Positions 19,067-29,235 of a DNA stretch of 64,000 nucleotides are shown here, one piece after another (the first letter of the stretch is position 1; the number at the start of each line of letters is the position of its first letter). The notes beneath the pieces were generated by a model. It made no database searches. It was not told the origin of the DNA and worked only from the letters and a program-made list of their open reading frames with translations. Origin of the DNA: Candidatus Latescibacterota bacterium (GTDB lineage Bacteria; Latescibacterota; UBA2968; UBA8231); NCBI GenBank assembly GCA_965203175.1, contig OZ241867.1, forward strand, positions 4,640,001 through 4,704,000, read 5' to 3'. Made by a program: the position numbers and the translations under genes.

Positions 19067-21214
19067 TCACCCCAACACGTACACCGGACTCGACCAAGCC
19101 ATCTGCCCGTCGCACTGAATAGCCTTGACGAAGTAAGCCACCTGCCCCTCCCCCGGCGGCTGATCCACAGTCCCCAAAGTCAATTCCAGCGCTTCCACCC
19201 GCTCGGGATAGCGCTGCACCACCAACTGCATGTCCAAGCCGCCGTAGTCGAAGCGCAGCGGCTTGTGACCCAGTCTCGCCAGATCAATTTCCGTCGTCCC
19301 CACCGCCGACTCGAACGCCAAGCTGCCCATCCGCCCATCGTCCAGCACCAACTCAATGCCGTCGCAATCTCCCGTGGTCTGCGATTGAAAAGTCACGGCC
19401 TGCGGCTCGGTCACGGTGATCCCGTCGGCCGCGGAGTCAAAGCTAACCGTAGTCGCCTCCAAGATGGTCGCCTGAGTGGTGCGGATAACCCCAGACCAAT
19501 CCACCCGCCGCCCGCGCCCGCGCATCCGCGAGCCAGACCACATCAAGCGCAACCTGTTGGAATGCCCCAGATCTCGGAATTCAGGCGGCTGCACTTCGGC
19601 GAGCAATTCCCGATCGCGATACACTTGCAGCGCCTCCAGTGGTGCCGCCCCCACAACCCGAGCGCGAATATCCACCGAGTCCACATTTTCTACCATCGCC
19701 CCCATGAGCGCACCAGCTATCTGTACATCTAGAAGTATGCGCGCTCCAGTCGTACCATAACATCGCCGACTGCACAGAGCCTCCCACACGCCCGCGCGCG
19801 ACAACTCGCCAGCCAACACACAGGTCAAGCCACCGGCAATACCAAACTCACCAGCCCCCGGCCCTTCGGCCCCAGGCCGTCCCTTGTGGCCGTCGCTGTT
19901 GCACATGACCCCGACCATGTGGCCGCAGTCCAGCGCGTCGAACAGCATCCACTCGAACACGCCCCAGCTTGAGACGACCTCCACCAGATTGTGTGCCTCG
20001 GGGTCGAAATACGCCTTGACGTCGGCCCAGCGCCCGCCCACATGCGAGCCGATAATCACTTGGTCGCGCGGCACCAAGCGAGCGAGTCGGGCGAAAAACA
20101 CATCGGCCGGATGCGCGGGCGACACCTCGTCCTCGGGCACGTGCGGGATCTGCCAGTGGCTGTTGCGCACAATGGGCAGCCCCTCGGCAAAGTAAAAGAC
20201 GTTGCGGTCCCCGCCGGCTGGAGAATTAGCCGACCACTCGTAGCCGGGAAAGACGACGAACTCGCCGTCCCGGTGAAAAGCCTGCACCGTCTCGTTGAGC
20301 CGCTGCCAGTCTTGGTCGTCAACCTGGAAATCATTGCCCTGATGCGAGGCGAAATCCACCCTCGCCCAGTCGCGCGCAAAAGTGAAATACTCCTCCTCCG
20401 TGCCTATGCCGACAGTAGCGTCGGACTGAGCGTGCAAATCCCCCCAGTAGCGGTGCCACTGAGGCGCGGTCTCAGAAACGGCAACCGGATTGCTGTGACA
20501 GCGCAAGCCACCCGCCGCCGCAATCAGCCGTCCACTACCCGGAGCGCAAAAGGACACCCTGTACCCCTCGACTACGACCTCTCCTTCCCCTTCCCATTCC
20601 AGTTCAACCGGCCCTGCCACCGCCGTCGGATTGCCCCACATATCCTGCCCTTTGACAAAAACCTCGACCGTTTCCCCCACCACTGCTTGGCTCGGCGCTA
20701 TGCACACCAATTCCACGGCCTCACCAGCGACAACGGGAAACTTGGGCGGATCCGCTACGGCCCGAGCTACCGCAGCATTGGTCGGATCGACAAAAACGCG
20801 GAATTCGTGGGCCGACTCGACAAAGGTCTGCACCCGAATCCCTGGCGAACCACCGCTGCGCTCGCCCAAGACCACGGTCACGGTATCGCCGGGCGCGAGG
20901 GACCCGTCGTACACATCAATCACCACGCACCAGATCATCCACGGCCGCTCGTGACCCTTGGGGGCAAAGCGCGGTGCCAGCTTGGCCGCCCCGTTGGTCT
21001 GCACCGTGCAATAAGCTGGCGCGGCCGGATCGCTGAACTGGGCCGGCTGCATATCGCAGGCGAGACGCTGGGCGATCTTAATGGTGCCGCCCTCGTCAAT
21101 GCCGTAGCTCCCCACAGTCAGGGTCAAGGTCCATTGCTGATAGCTGCCGGCCACTACCGGCGCGCAAGGTTCCAGCATCACCGTTCCCAGCCGTTCCCGC
21201 CATTGCTGTTTCAT
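19067..21214 (-). CDS. DUF3604 PHP-like metallohydrolase domain protein
   Basis: YWGDLHAQS, FPGYEWS, CNSDGHKGRPG, RRCYGTTG, AWSSPV motifs. Confidence 0.8.
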   Translation of the reverse strand: MKQQWRERLGTVMLEPCAPVVAGSYQQWTLTLTVGSYGIDEGGTIKIAQRLACDMQPAQFSDPAAPAYCTVQTNGAAKLAPRFAPKGHERPWMIWCVVIDVYDGSLAPGDTVTVVLGERSGGSPGIRVQTFVESAHEFRVFVDPTNAAVARAVADPPKFPVVAGEAVELVCIAPSQAVVGETVEVFVKGQDMWGNPTAVAGPVELEWEGEGEVVVEGYRVSFCAPGSGRLIAAAGGLRCHSNPVAVSETAPQWHRYWGDLHAQSDATVGIGTEEEYFTFARDWARVDFASHQGNDFQVDDQDWQRLNETVQAFHRDGEFVVFPGYEWSANSPAGGDRNVFYFAEGLPIVRNSHWQIPHVPEDEVSPAHPADVFFARLARLVPRDQVIIGSHVGGRWADVKAYFDPEAHNLVEVVSSWGVFEWMLFDALDCGHMVGVMCNSDGHKGRPGAEGPGAGEFGIAGGLTCVLAGELSRAGVWEALCSRRCYGTTGARILLDVQIAGALMGAMVENVDSVDIRARVVGAAPLEALQVYRDRELLAEVQPPEFRDLGHSNRLRLMWSGSRMRGRGRRVDWSGVIRTTQATILEATTVSFDSAADGITVTEPQAVTFQSQTTGDCDGIELVLDDGRMGSLAFESAVGTTEIDLARLGHKPLRFDYGGLDMQLVVQRYPERVEALELTLGTVDQPPGEGQVAYFVKAIQCDGQMAWSSPVYVLG

Positions 21215-21365
21215 TCTAAACTCCTGTCTCCGTTGAATCATCCTCGTAAAAATCTCCGCACGGCCCGCCCGCCTTTCTCCACAGCCTCTTTTTTCCCTAA
21301 CTTAACCGGCATTATAAAAAAATCTGCGCGAAATCGAAATTCGCCCCCGAGAAAGGATTATCAGC

Positions 21366-22322
21366 GTGAAGGTCGTACTGACATATGATATGGGGGAATC
21401 CTTCGTCGAAGAATTGCGAACGGCTTTCCCCGAGTTGGACTTTTACCCAGCGTATGACGAAGCGGAGCAGGTGCAGGAGGTGGCCGATGCGGAAGTTGTA
21501 TTTGGATTGATGAGGCGACCGGTATTTTTGGCGGCAAAAGAACTCAAGTGGTTCCATTTCGTCGGCATCGGCTTCGACCCGATCGTGCGCGACATACCGG
21601 AATTACGCACGGGTGACGTGGCGATGACCAATGCGCGGGAGACGCACGTCGTACCCATGGCCGACCACGTCTTCGCCGCCATCCTCTCGTACGCCCACCG
21701 CATCCCCGAACTGCTCGAAGATCAACGCAACCACCAGTGGAATACCAAGCACTATGAGCGGCGCATCATCGAATTGGCCGGAACCAAGATGGGGGTACTG
21801 GCCATGGGAGACATTGGCCGCGGCGTGGCCACTCGGGCCGCAGCGTTCGGAATCGAAGTGTACGCGGTGGACATCTTACCGATGGAGCCGCCGCCGGGGG
21901 TGTGCGCGGTGTGGCCGGTCGAGCGCTTGGACGAGATGCTCGGGATGATCGACTGGCTGGTGGTAACGGCACCGCGCACTAAAGAGACGACGGGGATGAT
22001 CAATCGACAACGGCTCGCCCTGCTCAAAGAAGGAGCGTTTGTCGTGGTCGTCTCGCGTGGCGGGATCGTCGATGAGGAAGCACTGGCCGAGGGCCTGCAC
22101 GCGGGCCATATCGGCGGGGCCGCGCTCGACGCGACAGAGGTCGAGCCACTGCCGCCCGACAGCCCGCTGTGGGACGCGCCCAACATGCTAATCTCGCCGC
22201 ACACCTCGGCCGAGTCCGTGCAACTGATCGAGCGCCGCAAGGCCATCTTCGTGGAAAATCTGCACCGCTATCTGGCAGGCGAAGCGCTATTGAACGTATG
22301 CGATTTAGAGAAAGGCTATTAA
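21366..22322 (+). CDS. D-2-hydroxyacid dehydrogenase
   Basis: MGDIG, SRGGIVDE, ALDATEVEPLP, ISPH motifs. Confidence 0.92.
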   Translation: MKVVLTYDMGESFVEELRTAFPELDFYPAYDEAEQVQEVADAEVVFGLMRRPVFLAAKELKWFHFVGIGFDPIVRDIPELRTGDVAMTNARETHVVPMADHVFAAILSYAHRIPELLEDQRNHQWNTKHYERRIIELAGTKMGVLAMGDIGRGVATRAAAFGIEVYAVDILPMEPPPGVCAVWPVERLDEMLGMIDWLVVTAPRTKETTGMINRQRLALLKEGAFVVVVSRGGIVDEEALAEGLHAGHIGGAALDATEVEPLPPDSPLWDAPNMLISPHTSAESVQLIERRKAIFVENLHRYLAGEALLNVCDLEKGY

Positions 22323-23576
22323 ATGACGGCAAAACCCCATCTGCCCCCGTCCCCCATTGACGAAGGCAAAGTAACCGTAACTGCAATCGAATCCGTGCAG
22401 CCGCTCGACCTGTTCCCCGACCTGCTGCTGGTGCGCATCCACACCGACGCCGGACTCATCGGCCACGGCGAAACGTACTACTGCGCCGAAGCCGTACAGG
22501 CCATGCTGCACGACTGGATGGCGCGCCGACTGCTCGGCGAAGACGCGCTGGCCATCGAATCGCACTGGCGCTTCCTCTACGAGCGCGCCGCGAATTTCGG
22601 GGTCCGGGGCACGGAGATCCGCGCCTTGTCGGCACTGGACGTGGCGCTGTGGGACATTCTCGGCCAAGTCTGTAATCAGCCGGTCTATCGCCTGCTCGGC
22701 GGGCCAGTGCGCGACAAAATTCTGGTGTACAATAGCTGCGGCAACCCGCAATACGGGCCGAGCACTACCGGACGCAAAGGCTGGCCGGGCTTTGGCGCCA
22801 TCGGCGAGCCGGGGCCGCTGGGTGATTCGTGGAAGCTGTTCCACGAGCCTGTGGCACTGGCCGAGGAACTGGTCGAACTGGGCTACAGCGGATTAAAGGT
22901 CTGGCCCTTTGACCAAGCGGCCATCCAGTACGGCCCGGCGCGCATTCCGCACCGCGCAATCGAGGAAGGTGTGCAGCCCTTGCGCGAAATCCGAGACAAG
23001 GTAGGCATGGACCTCGACATCTTCGTCGATGGCCACGCGCATTTCCAGCTCCCAGCAGCCCTGCGCATCGCCGAGGCATTGCGCGAGGTCGCGCCGCTGT
23101 GGCTGGAGGACGTAATCAAAATGGACAACCTCGACACGGTCGCCGACTTCCGCCGCCAGAGCCGGATGCCCATTTCCGTGAGCGAGATGCTGTTGAGCCG
23201 CGCCGATTACAACTCCGTGCTGATGCACCAAGCCGCCGATTATGTGATGATCGACCCGACTTGGGTCGGCGGGATTTCTGAGACCGCGCGGATTGCCCAT
23301 CTGGCGCAGACCTATAATGTGCCGGTCAGCATGCACGACTGCACCGGTCCGCTAACGCTATTTGCCGGCTTGCACGTAGGAGCGGCGGTGGCCAACTGTT
23401 GCTATCAGGAAACCGTGCGGGCGCAGATCCAGACGGTGTATCGAGAGTTGATCGACGTCGAGGTGGAAATCAACGGCGGGTATGTGAATCTGCCCCAAGG
23501 CAGCGGTTTGGGCGTCAGGCTAAACCCCGATTTGTTCAAGCCGGAACGACCGGGCTATCGGATTTCGCAAAGTTGA
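22323..23576 (+). CDS. Mandelate racemase/muconate lactonizing enzyme family protein
   Basis: SALDVALWDILG, LKVWPF, VDGH, WLED, HDCTGP motifs. Confidence 0.9.
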   Translation: MTAKPHLPPSPIDEGKVTVTAIESVQPLDLFPDLLLVRIHTDAGLIGHGETYYCAEAVQAMLHDWMARRLLGEDALAIESHWRFLYERAANFGVRGTEIRALSALDVALWDILGQVCNQPVYRLLGGPVRDKILVYNSCGNPQYGPSTTGRKGWPGFGAIGEPGPLGDSWKLFHEPVALAEELVELGYSGLKVWPFDQAAIQYGPARIPHRAIEEGVQPLREIRDKVGMDLDIFVDGHAHFQLPAALRIAEALREVAPLWLEDVIKMDNLDTVADFRRQSRMPISVSEMLLSRADYNSVLMHQAADYVMIDPTWVGGISETARIAHLAQTYNVPVSMHDCTGPLTLFAGLHVGAAVANCCYQETVRAQIQTVYRELIDVEVEINGGYVNLPQGSGLGVRLNPDLFKPERPGYRISQS

Positions 23577-23590
23577 AGGAGAAATTTTCA

Positions 23591-24307
23591 ATGGAAAAGG
23601 TCAGATATTCCGATTTATTGCCGTGTGAGTTTCGCCAGCGGCTAGCGGCTAAGCCGGTTGCGTATCTGCCGCTGGGCACGCTCGAATGGCACGGCGAGCA
23701 TTTGCCCTTGGGCAGCGACGCGATCCAGAGCGAAGGGCTGATGATCGAGTGCGCCAAGCGCTTTGGCGGCATCGTCATGCCACCGATTCACCTCGGGCCG
23801 GATCGGGCGTGGGATCGCGGCAACGGCAAAGTACTCCACGGCATGGACTGCGCCGACAGCACCGATCCCCACCGGCAATTAGACGGTAGCTGCTACTGGG
23901 TGTCGAACGGGTTTTTCGGAATGCTAGTCGATGCGATCTTAGAGCAGATCAAGCGCGCAGGTTTCAAGTTCGTGTTCGCCGATGGACACGGGCCGAGCCG
24001 CAGGGCTTGGCGCGAAGCTATGGCCGAGCGGGAGCAGCGCTTCGGCCTCAAGCTCGCGGGAGTTACGGACGAAGTAGCACAAGAATGGAAAAGCCAGATG
24101 GACCACGCCGCGCACAACGAAACGTCGCTGGTGATGCACTATCAGGAGGAGTTGGTAGATCTCGGACAATTGTCTGCAGACCGGAGCGTGTGGCCGCAAG
24201 GAGTCGGCGGCGAAGACCCGCGCGACGCCAGCGCCGCATACGGGCGGGAGTGCATGGAGCGATCCGTGGAAATTGTCGGGCGACTCATTGCAGAGAGCGG
24301 GATTTGA
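23591..24307 (+). CDS. Creatininase family amidohydrolase
   Basis: PLGTLEWHGEHLPLGSD, DGHGP, DHAAHNETS motifs; AAGGAG RBS. Confidence 0.9.
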   Translation: MEKVRYSDLLPCEFRQRLAAKPVAYLPLGTLEWHGEHLPLGSDAIQSEGLMIECAKRFGGIVMPPIHLGPDRAWDRGNGKVLHGMDCADSTDPHRQLDGSCYWVSNGFFGMLVDAILEQIKRAGFKFVFADGHGPSRRAWREAMAEREQRFGLKLAGVTDEVAQEWKSQMDHAAHNETSLVMHYQEELVDLGQLSADRSVWPQGVGGEDPRDASAAYGRECMERSVEIVGRLIAESGI

Positions 24308-24353
24308 ATACTGTAACCGGCGACTGAGGTCGCCATCCGAGAAAGGATGACGC

Positions 24354-25490
24354 ATGAAAATCACCCAAGTAGAGACCATTCGCTTCAAAAGCATCACCAA
24401 TACCGAGCGCGACTCCGACGGCCACGGCCATCCCGGCCCCGAGCGCGAAACCACCCAGACCTTGCTGCAAATAGACACTGACGAAGGCGTCTCCGGCTAC
24501 TGGTTTGGCGCTAATGCCCAAGCCATAGACAGCATCGTCAAACCCGCCATAGTCGGCGAAGACCCCTTTTACCGCGAAAAAATCTGGCGCGACCTCAACC
24601 ATCGCCAGCGGCTCAATCTGGGCACGCTGTCCGACCAAGTGCTCATGACGGTTGACCTAGCCTTGTGGGATCTGGCCGGACGCGCCTTAGAGCAACCCGC
24701 GTACAAACTGTTGGGCGGCTTGCGCGACAAAGTGCCAGCCTACGCCTCCACCATGTGCGGCGACGACCTCAAAGGCGGCTTGGCCACGCCCGAGGACTAC
24801 GCCAATTACGCCCGGTGGTGCATGGAGCGCGGATACCCCGCCTTCAAATTGCACACTTGGCAGCCGCCCTACGCGGGCGCGCCCGACCCCAAACGCGACA
24901 TTGAAGCCTGCGCCGCCGTGCGCGACGTGGTCGGCCCCGACGTGCCCTGTATGCTCGACCCCTACCACTACTACGACCGCGAGGCCGCCCTATTCCTAGC
25001 CAAGGAATTGGAAAAGCTCGACTATTACTGGATGGAAGAACCCATGGACGAACACAGCATGTCGTCCTACATCTGGCTGTGCGAGCAGACCAGCTTGCCG
25101 ATTTGCGGCCCGGAGACCTGCGAGGGCAAAATGTACGTGCGCGCCGAGTGGATCAAAGCCGGTGCCTGCGACATCAGCCGCTGCGGCGTGGCCGACGTGG
25201 GCGGCCTCACTCCATTGATGAAAACCGTGCATCTGTGCGAATCTTTTGGCATGCGCTGCGAAATCCACGGCGGCGGCCCCGGCAACCTGCACGCCCTGTG
25301 CGCCATGCACAACGGCGAATTCTACGAACGCGGCTTGTTGCACCCCTTCATCGACTTCGACCAGCCCGCCCCTTGGCTCCACGAGCACGGCGAGTTGATG
25401 GACGATCAGGGTTTTGTCCACGTGCCTCAACGACCCGGATTGGGAATGAATATTAACTGGGATTACATCGAAAAGAATAAAGTCGATTGA
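24354..25490 (+). CDS. Mandelate racemase/muconate lactonizing enzyme family protein
   Basis: DLALWDLAG, FKLH, LDPYH, MEEP, PGLG motifs. Confidence 0.9.
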   Translation: MKITQVETIRFKSITNTERDSDGHGHPGPERETTQTLLQIDTDEGVSGYWFGANAQAIDSIVKPAIVGEDPFYREKIWRDLNHRQRLNLGTLSDQVLMTVDLALWDLAGRALEQPAYKLLGGLRDKVPAYASTMCGDDLKGGLATPEDYANYARWCMERGYPAFKLHTWQPPYAGAPDPKRDIEACAAVRDVVGPDVPCMLDPYHYYDREAALFLAKELEKLDYYWMEEPMDEHSMSSYIWLCEQTSLPICGPETCEGKMYVRAEWIKAGACDISRCGVADVGGLTPLMKTVHLCESFGMRCEIHGGGPGNLHALCAMHNGEFYERGLLHPFIDFDQPAPWLHEHGELMDDQGFVHVPQRPGLGMNINWDYIEKNKVD

Positions 25491-25494
25491 GCTA

Positions 25495-25612
25495 ATCGAG
25501 CGGAACTATCTGCGCTGGACCGAACACTACGACAAGCACACTGGCCGTATGTGCATGCATTAAATTACGGCGATTAATATACACGGCGACAATGGGTTAG
25601 CTTCTACGGCGA
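25495..25612 (+). repeat. Decayed copy of the 5' end of the enolase gene at 30651
   Basis: 25580-25600 is identical to 30766-30786 (21 bp); 25527-25557 matches 30704-30734 at 26/31. Confidence 0.8.
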
Positions 25613-25617
25613 TCTCT

Positions 25618-26697
25618 TTATTCCGCGTCGCCAGCTCGCTCCCGCTGCCAGTCCTTGCGCCCGCCGTAGTAGTCTCCCTCGTCGAAGAGAGCCGTCGCCG
25701 TCTGCGCGAGGGACCGAGCGTACACAACCATATCCACGAACCGCCCATCGACCCGCAGCCGCCGCTTGAAGCGCGCCTCCTCGCCAAATCCCGCTTCCTC
25801 AAGCAACTGCTTCTGATCATCATCGCAGTCCGCCAAATAGACATGCAGGACCGCGATCTCCAAGGCCGAGCACCGCTCGACGACCGCATTGAGCAAATCC
25901 GCAGCGTGGCCGCTGAAGGCCGGTGCCACGCGAAAGCTCAATATGCCCGCGTGCTGCTCGGCAAAACTCCCCCGCCGTTCGACCGTGGCCAAGCCGACCA
26001 AGCGGCGCTTGGCGTTCTCCAGAGCGAGGCAGAACCCGCGCCGACCTTCTAAGCGCCGCAAGGTCTTCACAAAGTGACTCTCGTAGCGGGTGTCGCGGAA
26101 ACTCTGGCTCAGGTAGTCCTTGATGATCCACCTCGGCTCGGGATGATTGTAGAGCACCGAAGCCCCCGGCAAATCGGCCCAAGTAGCGTCGCGAACCTCG
26201 GCCGGACTGCCGCCGTCGAGGTAGTCGCGATCGAAGTCTTCAGCACCGGGTGCCAAATAGCGCATTCCATCTCCGACGAAATAGCGGAATCCATGGCGCT
26301 CGTACAAGCTGCCGGCATGGGGATTAGCCGTACACAGATAGAGCGCCATCCCCCCGGCTTGCGCGAACTCCTCCACGAGCCGACCAAGCAGGAGCGAGGC
26401 AATCCCCTTACGCCGGTGCGCCTCATCAGTCCAGACGAACTCGACGAGCCCCACCTCGCGCGTATTCGCGGGCGTCTGACAACCCATGTAGCCCACCACC
26501 TCTCCGTCGATTTTCCCCAAGTAGTAGGGCGTGTACAGCCAAGGCCGCAAATTCCCTGCCATCAGGTCGGCGGCAATATCCCCCCACCAGCAGAGGCTGT
26601 GCTCTCCGCCGGGAAAGGGCGGCTCGCACACCTCGATCGCCAGCTTTTCTCCGCTGCGGAGCTGAACTGTCGTCTCTGCACTATTCATCATTTCCAC
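25618..26697 (-). CDS. Tandem GNAT acetyltransferase
   Basis: HRRKGIASLL and LYERHGF motifs; second GNAT-like half with LEEAGF. Confidence 0.82.
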   Translation of the reverse strand: MEMMNSAETTVQLRSGEKLAIEVCEPPFPGGEHSLCWWGDIAADLMAGNLRPWLYTPYYLGKIDGEVVGYMGCQTPANTREVGLVEFVWTDEAHRRKGIASLLLGRLVEEFAQAGGMALYLCTANPHAGSLYERHGFRYFVGDGMRYLAPGAEDFDRDYLDGGSPAEVRDATWADLPGASVLYNHPEPRWIIKDYLSQSFRDTRYESHFVKTLRRLEGRRGFCLALENAKRRLVGLATVERRGSFAEQHAGILSFRVAPAFSGHAADLLNAVVERCSALEIAVLHVYLADCDDDQKQLLEEAGFGEEARFKRRLRVDGRFVDMVVYARSLAQTATALFDEGDYYGGRKDWQRERAGDAE

Positions 26698-26698
26698 C

Positions 26699-27898
26699 TC
26701 ACAGAATACGAGTAGATGCCGCTGTCTCGGCGTGATCCTGCCGAGACAGCGCCTGCCAGATCGCCGCTACCACAGCCCAGTAAATCGCCGCCTGCACAAT
26801 ACCGGAACTGGGCAAGATCTCCACGTCGTACCCCGGCACCCGCGTCACCGCATCGCCGAAGGGCCACTTTGGCCGGATGACGTAGTCCGGCTGCGGCGGG
26901 CCGTCCAATCCATCCCCAGTGATCACCTCGACGATCCGCGCACCCGCCCGGCGCGCGACCTGGTAGGCTTGCGTAGGCCGCCGGTAGTACCCTAGAAAGA
27001 AGAACAGATCCCCTGACTCCAGCTCGCGCTCGAGTTCGGCCACCGACGGAGACTCCCCATCGAGCCGCGCTAGGCGACGCATGTACAGCGGATCACCTGG
27101 CGCTCCGTGCTGATACACGGGAAAGTGAGAAATCATGCCCGCATGGATGACGCGGCCATCGTTGAGGACTTGAGCGCAGACTGCACCGACGCGGTCAATC
27201 GCTCCTGCCTCCTCCTCGATCAGAGCACGCAGAATCCCTCCGATCGCGTCCAAGTACTCCCCACCCACCTGTCCCGGAGGAATCGCCGGCACTTGGTGCG
27301 TCTGATGGAACCGCGAGCCGACAAACCGGGCATTGCGATCCCTCGCCCCGGCCACCAGCACACTCTGATACATGGCCGGCATCCGCCCAATCCGAGTTAA
27401 GGCGGCCACGATCTCGCCGGTAAAGGTCCACAAAACAACTAAGTTCTGCAGGGAAATCAGCGGGTAGCCCTCACCGCCGAAGGGAGCGGTCACTGCCTCT
27501 GACAGAGGAATTTCGCTCTCCAGGAATAGGTCGGCACCCAACTGTGCATCCGCCCCAGCCCACGAGGCCGGCCCAATGCCGACGATCAGGGCACCCGAGG
27601 CGCGCAGATCCCGCAACAACTCCAACTCCTGGTCCGGCGGGGCACCCGACCAGCCGAGAATCACCGCGTCATTCGCCGACAGCACCGTCTCAGGTGTCCA
27701 CTCTTCGGCCAGCATCAGCCCACCAGAGCGAATGAAGCCCTCCGACGTGAAATCCGGACGCGCGCTGGCCAGCAGTAGTCGTCCGTCCGCCGCCAAGCGT
27801 CCGGCGACCTGATCAGCGGTCTCCGAGATTGCTGGCAGCCGCGGTCTCAAGACCTCAACGCCCGCCAAAAGCGTCGCGAGATAATCCACGCAATTCAC
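26699..27898 (-). CDS. Hypothetical protein with two SIS-like halves
   Basis: Repeated alpha/beta pattern, GALIVGIG / GARIVEVIT, PSSG; operonic. Confidence 0.5.
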   Translation of the reverse strand: MNCVDYLATLLAGVEVLRPRLPAISETADQVAGRLAADGRLLLASARPDFTSEGFIRSGGLMLAEEWTPETVLSANDAVILGWSGAPPDQELELLRDLRASGALIVGIGPASWAGADAQLGADLFLESEIPLSEAVTAPFGGEGYPLISLQNLVVLWTFTGEIVAALTRIGRMPAMYQSVLVAGARDRNARFVGSRFHQTHQVPAIPPGQVGGEYLDAIGGILRALIEEEAGAIDRVGAVCAQVLNDGRVIHAGMISHFPVYQHGAPGDPLYMRRLARLDGESPSVAELERELESGDLFFFLGYYRRPTQAYQVARRAGARIVEVITGDGLDGPPQPDYVIRPKWPFGDAVTRVPGYDVEILPSSGIVQAAIYWAVVAAIWQALSRQDHAETAASTRIL

Positions 27899-29214
27899 TC
27901 TGCCGCAGCCAATTCCAAGGCCCGAAGTGCCCCATCGGTCAGGACCCGATCCGCGTCGTCGCGCAGGAAGCGCCCCTGATGGCTCGCCCTCGCATCGAGG
28001 ACCTCGTAGCCCCCGTAGGGCACCTCCTCACTCGTCGGCACGTAGCCGATGGAGCCGTTGGCGTACCCCACGGGCAAGGTCAAGGAGAAAGGCGATGCCT
28101 CGGCAATAGCCAGCCCCGTCTCGACAAAGATCTCTCCCGGCAGGCCGATGAGCGCCACCTCGTCCAAGGCCAAGACCTGCAGTTCTAGGGGCAGACCTGT
28201 GGCCACCGAGCCGCTCTCGCACGCTTCGAGCCGCTCCTTGGCGGCAAAATAGCGGCGGCAGACCTGCCAGCTCCGATGGTGCTCGCCCTTGAGTTGGCGA
28301 AAGGCCGGCTCCCACTGCGCCAGTTCGCGCTCGCACTCCTGCTGCGATGGCATGGGCTGGAGAGGCAACTCAAAGGCATGCTGAGCACAGCGCAACCGGC
28401 CGCCCCGTCTCAGGTCGTCTCGGGCCAACACCGTCTGCAGCACCGCGTCACCGGCTCTGGTGCCGTGGCACCCGGCCAAGTCATAGGAGCCGCGCGGATG
28501 AGGGTTGATATTGCCGGCACAACCGTTGACGAACAGCGCCGTCACGCCCGTCAGTTGGGCCTCGATCAACCGCATAGCGTGGCCCATCCAATCGGCTGTG
28601 AACAGGTAGTTGTCGCTCACGAGGCAGGTCCCGTGAGCCGCGTGTTGGTAAATCACTACCAGCGGACCGCCATCGTCGCGCTCGAACCACACCGCATCGA
28701 CCCAAGGTGCCACCGCTCCGTCGGGATTGACGCCAATGCGGGTCGTGCCATCCTCCTGTCGCTCCCGGCGGTTGACGCCGACCTGCAGCGGATGACGGCC
28801 CGTGCCCCAGCGCACGGGCACCGCCGAGGTGGCCGCCTGCAGAGCAGCGCCGGCCATGTAGTGGCTCGTCGCGTCGATATAGGTAGAGACCTGTTCCTCC
28901 AGCGCCGAAAAGTCAGAGTACATCTGCGGACCGCCGTGCGTGTGCGAGAAGGCGAGGAATACGTGGGCTGCAGGCACCCCCGTCGCCGCGTGCACCAGCT
29001 CGCGCACGCGAGCGATCTGCTCCGCCCGCATGCCGAGCAGATCGTTGGCGATGATCACGGCCTGGGTCGAGCCGTCGTCGAGGAACAAGGCGTGGGTGTT
29101 GAGGTGGTCGTGTACGCCCTCGGCTCCGTGGTCGCGGGCACCGTACCCGCCCATGGGACAGCCGATCGGTGGAGTGATCCGGGCACCGCCGGCTCCGGCT
29201 AGTAAGTCGTTCAT
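27895..29214 (-). CDS. Neutral/alkaline ceramidase-like amidohydrolase
   Basis: ITPP, SHTHGGP, HGT, GCAGNINP, PGEIF, GGYE motifs. Confidence 0.8.
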   Translation of the reverse strand: MNDLLAGAGGARITPPIGCPMGGYGARDHGAEGVHDHLNTHALFLDDGSTQAVIIANDLLGMRAEQIARVRELVHAATGVPAAHVFLAFSHTHGGPQMYSDFSALEEQVSTYIDATSHYMAGAALQAATSAVPVRWGTGRHPLQVGVNRRERQEDGTTRIGVNPDGAVAPWVDAVWFERDDGGPLVVIYQHAAHGTCLVSDNYLFTADWMGHAMRLIEAQLTGVTALFVNGCAGNINPHPRGSYDLAGCHGTRAGDAVLQTVLARDDLRRGGRLRCAQHAFELPLQPMPSQQECERELAQWEPAFRQLKGEHHRSWQVCRRYFAAKERLEACESGSVATGLPLELQVLALDEVALIGLPGEIFVETGLAIAEASPFSLTLPVGYANGSIGYVPTSEEVPYGGYEVLDARASHQGRFLRDDADRVLTDGALRALELAAAE

Positions 29215-29235
29215 CTTCTTCTCCTGCTCTCGTGG

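Noticed and set aside
19991-21388. 465-aa plus-strand ORF
   Set aside because: Antisense shadow of the DUF3604 gene; no motifs; expected in GC-rich DNA
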